The notes under the pieces were generated by a model, which saw nothing but the letters and a program-made list of their open reading frames with translations, ran no database searches and was not told where the DNA came from. A DNA stretch of 62,267 nt, counting the filler. It is 6 parts of 6 records of this genome, joined end to end, with 100 filler letters (N's around TTAATTAATTAA, not from the genome) between each part and the next. Parts side by side here need not be neighbours in the genome. Positions count along the whole stretch, not along the records: positions 1 to 10,775 come from SRR22947725_4697; 5 more parts are not named here. One strand, 5' to 3'. The number at the start of each line of letters is the position of its first letter. Position 1 is the first letter of the stretch. The translations under genes and the position numbers were made by a program. Shown in pieces: positions 1-9,700 of the stretch.

Positions 1-1
1 A

Positions 2-565
2 ATTGATAAAGATACAAGTGGATTATTAGTTGTCGCCAAAAATGATCAAGCCCATGCATTCATTGCTAAACAATTTGAAGAACATACTATAAGAAGAAGT
101 TATTTAGTTTTTGTATATGGAATCCTAAGACCTCTTCATGGAAAGATTGAAACCTTAATTGGAAGAAACAAAACTAACCGACAAAAAATGAGTGCTGATG
201 TTGTTCGTGGAAAAGATGCGATAACAAACTATGAAACCTTGGAAGTTTTTAAAGGAAATAAAATTCCAGATATTAGTCTTCTCAAATGTGTTTTAGAAAC
301 TGGTAGAACTCATCAAATAAGAGTCCACATGTCACACAAAGGTAATCCAATTCTTGGCGATCAAACTTATGGTAAAAAAATTAAAAAAATTAGAGGTGTG
401 GACCAGGAATTTGAGGAAATATTAAAATCATTAAAACGACAAGCATTACACGCTCATACCTTGGGCTTTATTCACCCTAAAACTCATGAAGAAGTTTTCT
501 ATGCCTCAGAATTGCCAGAAGATTTACTTAAACTCAAAAATAGGCTTGAAACGTTAAAAAATTGA
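2..565 (+). CDS. rluD: RluA/RluD-family pseudouridine synthase, 5'-truncated by window start
   Basis: Frame is open from position 2: IDKDTSGLLVVAK (catalytic HRxDxxTSG motif), LETGRTHQIRVH, PILGDQTYG, RQALHA. Confidence 0.92.
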   Translation: MDKDTSGLLVVAKNDQAHAFIAKQFEEHTIRRSYLVFVYGILRPLHGKIETLIGRNKTNRQKMSADVVRGKDAITNYETLEVFKGNKIPDISLLKCVLETGRTHQIRVHMSHKGNPILGDQTYGKKIKKIRGVDQEFEEILKSLKRQALHAHTLGFIHPKTHEEVFYASELPEDLLKLKNRLETLKN

Positions 566-602
566 GTCTTGAAGGTTTTGAATTAAAAATTACATATACA
601 AC

Positions 603-1505
603 ATGAGCAAAGAAACTAACAAAACGACACTTCCAGTTCTTAGTCCAGATGGAAGTTTTGATTCATACTTACAAAAAATAAGAAAATTTCCTATGCTGGA
701 TGCAGCGGAGGAATATATTTTAGCAAAAAATTGGAGAGAAAAAGGAGACAAAGAATCAGCTCATAAACTCGTTACTTCACATCTCAGACTGGTTGCCAAG
801 ATTGCAACAGGTTACCGAGGATATGGTTTGCCAATGAACGAATTAGTTTCTGAAGGAAATATTGGATTAATGACTGCTGTAAAAAAATTTGATCCTGAAA
901 AAGGATTTCGATTAGCCACTTATGCCATGTGGTGGATCAAAGCATCAATACAAGAATATATTTTAAGATCATGGAGTTTGGTGAAAATAGGAACAACTGC
1001 CGCTCAAAAAAAATTATTTTTTAATCTAAGAAAAATGAAAAATCAAATTATGAAATCTGATCAAACAGATTTATTACCATCTCAAGTGACAGAAATTGCA
1101 AATCGACTGGATGTAAGTGAAGATGAAGTTAACTCCATGGAACAAAGAATGAAAGGTCCTGAGGCTTCTTTAAACGCAACAATTAAAGGTGAAGAGGGAG
1201 AAACTCAATGGCAAGATTGGGTTGTTGATGAAAATGCAGATCAAGAACTTCAAATTTCCCAACGACAAGAAACCGCTAAAAGAAAAGTTTTGCTTGATAA
1301 AGCAATGTCAGTTTTAAATGAAAGAGAAAAAGAAATTTTATTTGATCGAAGATTAAATGAAGAACCAAAAACATTGGAAGAGCTCAGTCAAAAATATAAT
1401 ATTAGCCGTGAGAGAATTCGACAAATTGAAAACAAAGCATTCGAGAAACTACAAAAAGAAATGCTTGAACAAGCTAAAGAGCAAAAACTAATCTCTGTTA
1501 ATTAA
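603..1505 (+). CDS. rpoH: RNA polymerase sigma-32 factor
   Basis: Sigma70 region 2 (GYRGYGLP..EGNIGLM..KKFDPEKGFRLATYAMWWI), RpoH box QKKLFFNLRK, region 4 HTH ISRERIRQIE; follows rluD as in many alphaproteobacteria. Confidence 0.96.
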   Translation: MSKETNKTTLPVLSPDGSFDSYLQKIRKFPMLDAAEEYILAKNWREKGDKESAHKLVTSHLRLVAKIATGYRGYGLPMNELVSEGNIGLMTAVKKFDPEKGFRLATYAMWWIKASIQEYILRSWSLVKIGTTAAQKKLFFNLRKMKNQIMKSDQTDLLPSQVTEIANRLDVSEDEVNSMEQRMKGPEASLNATIKGEEGETQWQDWVVDENADQELQISQRQETAKRKVLLDKAMSVLNEREKEILFDRRLNEEPKTLEELSQKYNISRERIRQIENKAFEKLQKEMLEQAKEQKLISVN

Positions 1506-2054
1506 TTATAACTTTTCTTCTTCAAGCTTTTTGGATGCTTGAGAAAATCCATCTAAACTTATTTCAATGGCTAAGGGTTGGGGTCCAAAACCTGCAACAC
1601 CAATAGCTACTTTTTTTCCAGAAGAAAAACTTTTCTTTATTTTATTATAATTATCGATTGAAGTTTTGTCTTTAGTGTTATTTGTTAAAATGACCATGCA
1701 ACCAATTACCTCACACTTTGTCCAGGATAAATTTAATTGTTCCTTATCATCAAATTTTACAGCTAGTCTTCTGTTAAGATTTACACCCAAAGGACCTATC
1801 ACGCTTATGATCTCTTTAACGTCATTATCTTTATTTTTAAATCTTACGTAATTAATACTAAATCTAATATTTGAATTTTGTATTTGCAAAGACTGAGAGA
1901 CCTCACAATTTTTTTTACCATGATCTTCAACGCATTGATAAGTCCAATTTGTATATTGTTGAGTAGTCACTTTTGGAGGAGGATCACCTTTCTTATGCCC
2001 GGCATAAGCATGTGAGGAAAATAATAATATGATAACCAACAAAATTTTTAACAT
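1506..2054 (-). CDS. Invasion-associated locus B (IalB)-family exported protein
   Basis: Signal peptide ending AYA; pattern W-x3-C-x8-C-x3-Q, GPLGVNL, WTKCEVIGC, ISLDGF typical of the IalB family; start overlaps the tpsB stop at 2054. Confidence 0.8.
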   Translation of the reverse strand: MLKILLVIILLFSSHAYAGHKKGDPPPKVTTQQYTNWTYQCVEDHGKKNCEVSQSLQIQNSNIRFSINYVRFKNKDNDVKEIISVIGPLGVNLNRRLAVKFDDKEQLNLSWTKCEVIGCMVILTNNTKDKTSIDNYNKIKKSFSSGKKVAIGVAGFGPQPLAIEISLDGFSQASKKLEEEKL

Positions 2055-3790
2055 TAAAACTGTCCTGCTAAACTTATTAAACCTCTATTATCCCAGGTCA
2101 ACCCATCAACATCATTTCCATTAGAATCTTTACCTGGATTATTTCCAAGTTTTTCAGCATAGGTGGCAGTCAAAGCAAAATTTTTATAAATGGGTATTGA
2201 AAAAGATATACCTACTCCTGATAGATCATAATTATTTTTTAAAGAAGTGTTAGTTGCATTCCAATTTTCCCAAGCTTGCTTATGTAGTTGAATTTTTCCA
2301 TAATCATAAAATAATGTTAGCCTTCTATTTTTTGAAAATGTTTTATTAAATTCTAAACTCGATATAAATCCCTGGTCACCTGCCCCTTCATTTGATGGAT
2401 AAGCTCTCACAGCGTTTGGACCACCTAAACTTAACTGTTCAGCACCATCTAAATTTTTATCTGTATACTGGCCATTAAATTTAATCACTGCAGAAACTGT
2501 ATCGGTAATTCTTTGAAAACGGTTAACATTTATTGCTAATTTCCAATAATCTCCATTTGCTTTTGCAGTTAATTGATCGGTATCAAAGTTGCTGGTATTA
2601 TCAGTTAAATCTAAAGAACCAAAAATACCTGTAAATGCCACAGTATTTGCTCCACCAGAAAAATATTTATCCTGATTATTATAAGTTAAATTTAACGATG
2701 ATTTTATAATATCTTTATTACTATTTGATCCAGTATTGAGATCATTGACATAATCATTTCTTGAAAAAGACAAAGATGAAGTCAAACTCTTATCAGGCTT
2801 AATCATTAACTCTTTATTAAACCCTAAAAAAAATTCTGTAGAGTAACCTGTGGGGTCAGTTGAATCAAAGGGTGCTCCAAGGTCATACTTCATTTTAGAT
2901 ACTCTAAATGTTGTTTGTAAACCATCGTAACCAAGAGGTGTTGTTGCTGAACCTGCATAGTAATGAGATCCTTTTGTTATTACATCCGTTACGCTAAATC
3001 TCTCACCTTTATTAAAAACACTATCAAAATTTAAAATATTAGTAACACGCTCATAACCTGATGATCGCGAACCATTATTATCAACTAAGCTGGTAGTTGA
3101 TAGCGTTTTGGTATTTGATGCGGAAATTGTAATGTCTGTCTCTCCAAGTTGCTCTCCTTCAACAAGTTGAGCAATGGCATTAATTCCGGGTGTATTATTT
3201 AAATTTCTAATATTTCGATCAAGTTGAACAATATTTAAAATTTCATTTGGATTAATTTTATTAAATATAAATTTTGATATTCTTTCCCTGGAGATATTGA
3301 GTTCTTTTTGAACATCTGCCTTAATTTCAAGTTTTCCAATCCTACCCTCCACTATATAAATTTGAATTTTTCCATCGCTAATATCTTGTTCAGGTAAAAA
3401 AGCAGTAGCTAGAAAACCTTTTGATCGATAATAAAAGGATACATCTTGCAAAATATTTCTAAGATCAGCATAAGCCAGTTCCTTATTTACTTTATCTCGA
3501 ACTAATTTTTGAAATTCAGAAGATGGGTATTTTTCATTTCCATCAAAACTGAACTCTTTTACAAGTACTTTAATTAAATCTTCTTCTTTTTTTACAGGTT
3601 GCTCAGATTTTTGTTCAAATAACTTATCTGATGGCATTTCTTTTTTTTGCAAATTTTTATTAATTTTTGGTATTTGCTTATTCATATCGTCAACTTTTGG
3701 GATTACAGGATCGGCAGCATAAGCTGAGCTTAATGAAAAGCTTAAGACAAGAGTAAAAAATATTTTAGTTAGTTTTTGCTTTATCACCAC
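2054..3790 (-). CDS. Two-partner secretion transporter TpsB (ShlB/FhaC/HecB family)
   Basis: POTRA (FSFDGN..YYRSKGF..PEQDISDGKIQIYIVEG), DNNGSRSSG, loop-6 LGGPNAVRAY, terminal Phe. Likely start is GTG at 3790 after AGGAG, overlapping the tpsA end, rather than 3862. Confidence 0.92.
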   Translation of the reverse strand: MVIKQKLTKIFFTLVLSFSLSSAYAADPVIPKVDDMNKQIPKINKNLQKKEMPSDKLFEQKSEQPVKKEEDLIKVLVKEFSFDGNEKYPSSEFQKLVRDKVNKELAYADLRNILQDVSFYYRSKGFLATAFLPEQDISDGKIQIYIVEGRIGKLEIKADVQKELNISRERISKFIFNKINPNEILNIVQLDRNIRNLNNTPGINAIAQLVEGEQLGETDITISASNTKTLSTTSLVDNNGSRSSGYERVTNILNFDSVFNKGERFSVTDVITKGSHYYAGSATTPLGYDGLQTTFRVSKMKYDLGAPFDSTDPTGYSTEFFLGFNKELMIKPDKSLTSSLSFSRNDYVNDLNTGSNSNKDIIKSSLNLTYNNQDKYFSGGANTVAFTGIFGSLDLTDNTSNFDTDQLTAKANGDYWKLAINVNRFQRITDTVSAVIKFNGQYTDKNLDGAEQLSLGGPNAVRAYPSNEGAGDQGFISSLEFNKTFSKNRRLTLFYDYGKIQLHKQAWENWNATNTSLKNNYDLSGVGISFSIPIYKNFALTATYAEKLGNNPGKDSNGNDVDGLTWDNRGLISLAGQF

Positions 3791-6700
3791 TTCTCTTCTC
3801 CTCTTCATCATCTTCTGAAATATCTGGTTTATTGTTATCGTCTTGACCTTTGCCTCTTTCATCAGGTCGGTCTTTTGATTTATCTAATAATTTTCTAGGA
3901 TCCTCATCACCTTCTTTAAATTTTCTAAATGCTTTCTGTTCTTCTGGCCTTGCTTTTTCAAAAGATTTTGGATCTGTCGGATCAAACCCATCTCTTAAAT
4001 CTTTATTAAACGATTTTCGACTTCCAGGATTGTTTTTAAATTCTTTTCTTAATTCTTTTTTAAACTGTCTCATTTCCTGTTTTGTACTAAACTGATTTTT
4101 AAAGTCTTTGCTACTAAATAATTCTTTTATACTTCTTGGTTTTGGAGAACTTGTTTCTTGATTAGTGGAGTCAAATTTGCCACCTTGTGATTTTGGAGCT
4201 GGAGCGCCACCAATTGAATTATTACCACGAGGCTCAAAGCTTGGTGCAGACTGATTATTTCCAGGTTTACCAAAATCAGCTCCCGATCCAGTTTCTGGTC
4301 CTGGTTTATTAAATCCAGCATCTCCAGGCATTACAACTTCAATGGATTTTGAGAATGTTCTTCCACCACCACTTGGTCCACCTCCAAATAATGTTGCAAT
4401 TAAGTTTTTGCCCGCATCTGCAATGGTAGTTTGTGCGCTTTTTGCAACAGCATTAGCTGATTTTTCAGTTTTTCTTCCATTACTTTGGGATGATCTTTTT
4501 GATGATGAAGATGAAGATGCTACTGTTCCATTGGTTTGTGTGCCACCCGTTACTGATCCAAAACTAGTATCAGCATCAATTACTCCATAGTTTTTACTTA
4601 CTACTTGATAACCTGTAACACCTGAATAACCTGCTAATTTTTTTGATCTTCCAATTGTTCCATTATAAGTCACATCAGGAGTATCTGGCGTTATTCCGTC
4701 TCTTCTTACTGCAATTGCTTTTGCAACTAACGTGTGAGTATTTGTAATGGTATCATTAACATTTCCATTAATAATTACTTTAGGGTCCATTGATAATAAA
4801 GTTCTCGTTGTTCCATTAGAACCTGTACTTCCCACATCAATATTAGAATTATAAGTTTGTTCCTCATATGTCATTACATCACCTTTAATAGTTGTGGTAC
4901 CAGCAGTAACTGTCATTTTATAGAAACTGTCTGCAGTGTTGTTTGCATTAAAGTTTTCACCATTAAATGCATATCCTACTCGATCACCAAAAGTTACATC
5001 TCCTGTTCCAGCATCAATAGTAAGTGATCTTGCTTTTGCATTCCCCTTACCTTTTAGCGTTCCGCCAAATTCAATATCAGAGTTAGTCGTATTAAATTCT
5101 ACAGGACTTGCTCTTGTACCACTTGCAACTAAAACATCACTTGTATAAGTTTGTGCTCCTGTTGTTGTGATACCAGAATCTAACTGAACATTTCCACTAA
5201 CAATTAACGAAGGTAATGTAATACTAGAAGCTGTAGAAATTCTGCCTCCAGATGACGTAACTGAAGTTACCGATCCTAATGCATTGTTGTGTTCTGCTTT
5301 AAATCCACCATCAGCAATATTAATGATACCTGAAAAAGTATTATTACCTGAAAAAGTTTGTGTGCCACTTCCTCCGAGTAATAGAGTTCCAGCTCCAGAT
5401 AAGACGCCATCAAATGAATTATTTATTGAAGAGTCAATTTCTAATGTAGCTCCAGACTCTATATTAAAATTACCATTTGAGTCATTATTTCTCCCCCAGT
5501 TCCCAGAAAGAATAACTTTACCAGCTTGAACATTAATACCATTAACATCATCCTGATGAGCATTTGAACTTGTATTAGAGAATGTTGTAGTTCCCGTTCC
5601 AACTTTAACTAAATCATATCCATCGTTATTATATTGTGAGATGGTTCCTGAAAAAGTTGTATCTTGATTATTATATCCAAAAGTAACTTGTTTGTTTTGC
5701 CATCTCCAATTTGTTGCATCTCCAGCAAGACCACCAAAATTAATTGAACCTCCTGAGACTACAGTCCAACCTTTTCTAACGTCTGTTCTTGTACTATTAA
5801 GATAAACAGTTGAATATTTCCATGCATCAGCATTTGCAATGTGAACTCCGTTATTTGATCCTGTTGTGTAATTAAATTTTGTATCACCTGTATAAGTATT
5901 GGCTGAGTAGATTGTCATAGTTTTGTTACCTATTTTTCCATAAGTAACTCCACCAACTCCGCTGATAACAGAATAAATTTTATTTCTTCCTGAGCCTCCG
6001 CTACCATCAATAAAATTATGCTGTCCTGTCTCTAGATAAATTCCTCTATTATTATTGTAACCAAAATTAACGTGTCCTAAAGAATTACTAGAATTAACTG
6101 ATCCAAAATAAATTGTTCCTGCATTTTTTAATAAGATATTATCTGGATCATCTGATGAAGGATTGGCACCAAAATTTCTATCTGTTTGCGCTGCAATTTT
6201 ACCTCCATCAATTACTGTTCCTCCAGTATAAGTATTTGTAGCAGTTGGTTCAAAGACTCCAGTACCAGTAACAGTTAATTTCATTGCACCACTTAGTACT
6301 CCTGAAAAAATTCCATTTGTATTAGCTGAACCAATAGTCATATCAGTATTAGAAGATAAATTTGCTGATCCAATTAAACCACCGATAGAAACCGTTGGAG
6401 AACCTCCAGATGTTGTAATGGCTGAGTTTCCAGAAACTGTAACCGTTGAATAAGTTTGACTAGGGGCAAATGAATCTGCTGCGATTGTAGCAACTGTTAC
6501 CCCGCTCATTTCAACTGAACCTCTTGGAATATTTACGCTAATTAAATTACTTCCACCTAGGTCTCCGTTTAAGGTAACTGTACCTGAGGTATTTGCAGTT
6601 AACCTAACTTTTTGATCATAAGCTGCCATCTGGATATCACCTGATTGAGAACCATGACCCAAGTTAAATGCAGCACCTGTCCAAGGTCCTCCACCATATC

Positions 6701-9700
6701 GGTCAGTTTGTACAACTAAATCACTGTCATACCAGACATCAGTACTTATTGAGTCATCATTTGTTGGTGAAAACTCTATGCTTGAAGAATTTGATATGGG
6801 TCTTAATGTAAAGGTACCTGGCGCGCTATGATATCTTCTTCCAACCTCAATTCTTCCTGGATTAATTAAACCATTAGCTCTAATTTCTATTGTTTCATTA
6901 TAATAATCATTTTCTAAAACAGCGGTATTGTTCATGTTTAAAATACCATCTGTTTCAATATAAAGATCTGCTCCTCTATTACTTACATCAAGTGTTCCTG
7001 ATAAAGAAATATCTCCATCAGCATACATTTTAATTTGTCCAAATTGTCCTGTGTTATAACTCCCGGTATCTGTTATAGTGTTTGTTGATCCACCTTGCGA
7101 TCGAACTGTTAATGAACGATTATGCCAAGTATAACCTCCAGCCATAGTAATCGCACCACCGCCTGAGTTTACAGTCAATCCTCCACAGTCAATACCTGAT
7201 ACACAGTTTCTGAAATATTTTAATGTAATTGCAGAATCTGTTGATTGTATAGTTCCGTTTGCATAAAAGTTTCCATCATTTGATACTGTTAATCCTCCTG
7301 TAAACGTTCCACCATTTTTTAACCATAGTGCTCCGGTGTTATCAAAAGTAGATGCTCCACTTACTGTTGGAGCATTAGCAATTGTTATATCTGTGTTAGT
7401 ATTATTTACTGAAACAGATGCGGCAGTAATTGTTCCAAATTTTGCACTAGAAGACTCTTTTACTGTTAAAGCTCCTTGAGTTGAAACAGTTGTATTACCT
7501 CCACTAGCTATACCTTGATTAATTGTAATGGCACCTTTCGTTGTAGATGCTGTTAGTGGCGTATAAGTCAGAGTTAAAGATCCATTGCCAGTTGCTGAGG
7601 AATATCCTTGGGTGTTTGTAATTATTGTACCAGAGCTGTATGAAGAACCTCCTCCGCCACCTCCTCCTGCATCACTTCCATTCCAGTCGCCACCACCGCT
7701 ACCGCCATAGTAACCACCTCCGCCACCTCCGCCTGATCTTCCGCTAGTTCCACCTTTTCCACCAAAACCTAAAGTTCCTTCTAGACCTCTATAATTAACA
7801 GCAGCTCCTCCAGCAGATTGTGTACCGCCGTTACCGCCGTAACCTCCTCTACCATTTGGCCCCATTCCTGAACCTAGTGAATTCTGATTACTTCCACCGG
7901 CTCCTCCTCTAGATCCTGCTCCGCCTATTAAACCACCCCCTTGACCTCCGTCACCACCAGGTTGAGTGTATCTTCTTTGATTTCCACCACCGCCACCGCC
8001 TCCGGCTACATAAATTCTGTCTGATAAAGAATTGCCACCACGTCTAACATCAGTTGCTCCTCCACCTGCACCAGCAGCATGGTTTCCTGGCGCCCCACCT
8101 CCATTAAAACCAGCTAATGCATTTCCCCTAGAATATGGATTCCATGCGGGTTTATAATTTGTTCCAGGATTTACAGTTGTGTTTCCTCCTTTACCTCCAA
8201 CATATAGATATAAAGTTTCACCGGCTGTTACAGTGGAAGTAGCTACTAAACGACCTCCTTTACCACCACGTGCGTTCAGATCACTTGCGCCATGTCCACC
8301 TGCCCCTCCGTAACCATCAATTTCAATTGATGTAACTCCTGTTGGAACCGACCAGGTTTGTTCGGCTCCAGTGTAGGAGAATGACTGTGTTGTTTGATCA
8401 CCAGCTACATATGAGGTGTAAGTTGTTGTTGTTAAATTAATTGAGCCAGCAACATCAACAGCGCCATTAAAAGTAATATTTCCTCCAGCAGTAAAAGCTA
8501 AACTTAAGGAATGTGAACCACCATCACTAATCGTTACTCCAGAATTTGAAACTATGTGTCTTGCTGCTTCTAAAGTTAAAGTGCTCGATGTAGCGCTACC
8601 AGCTGTAGTTCCAATATTAGATGTAATTGTAATATCTCCATTTCCAGAACTAGATCCTCCAGAACCAAAAGATGAACTGTTAGCTGAAGTTTGAATTGTT
8701 ACGTTTGTGCCAGCATTTAGAGCATTAGTTATATTAGTGGCTGCTGAAGAATTTATTGTGTAATCATATGGGTCTATCAACCATAAACCACTTGGACCAC
8801 TTGTTGAGCCGGCGTTAACTCTTATACCATCTGTATTAATAGATGCTCCAGAAGTTTCAATTTGACCACCACTTCCATCAATACCTTTAGCTTCTAATGT
8901 TCCACTTACTTTTGTTAATGAATTTGAATTTTTAATATCAGACCAAGCAACGATGGTTCCACCGGATCCACTTGTTAATGCATTTGCAGTAATTTTTGAG
9001 TTTGAATCAATATTTAAATAAGTTGCTTGAAGTAAATCTCTTGTTCCTTGCCAATCACCACCAATTAAAACTTTTCCTCCACCCGTTTTTCCATCTGCTG
9101 AAATAGTAGCACTATTTACATCAATATCTTTACCAGTGATTTCAATCGTACCACCTTTTCCTTCTTTGTTATCAGAATTTAAAGTTCCTGAAATTTCTGT
9201 TGCTCCTTTAGATCCTGTATCAATTTTAATTTTATTTGCTTGAATAGAACCAGAATTTGAAACTAATTTAATCACTCCATTTTCAGAAACTAAACCATCT
9301 GCTCTTGCATTTGGAAGTTTTACTACTTCATCAACTAAACTTTGAGCAGCGTCCGCTTTAATGGTGACTATGCCGTTTTGGGTTTTGATGGTGCCTTCAT
9401 TTTTTGCCATCGCTTTTAATTTGGATGGTGCAACTTTTACCGTTAAATTGTTACTGTCACTAATTCCTAAAAGCACATCATCACCAGCAACAATTGTGGT
9501 TGCAGCGCTGGTGATAATGTTACCTTTATTATTAACCTGGGGAGATATTAAAGCTACATATTGCCCCTCGATCAAACCTTGATTGACTAACGATGAGTTA
9601 GAATTTGTATTAAACTGATAATTATTATTTAAAAAATTTTGGTTTGTTAGATTTAAAGTTGAAAGAATTGCACCTTCTGCTTTGATTGCTGAATGCGGTC

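Noticed and set aside
566-602. Sigma32-like promoter CTTGAA..CATATA before rpoH
   Set aside because: Spacing looks too long and the region is AT-rich; cannot support it
3765-4500. TpsA as a contact-dependent inhibition toxin
   Set aside because: No VENN/pretoxin motif and no small cytoplasmic immunity gene after tpsA; the third gene has a signal peptide
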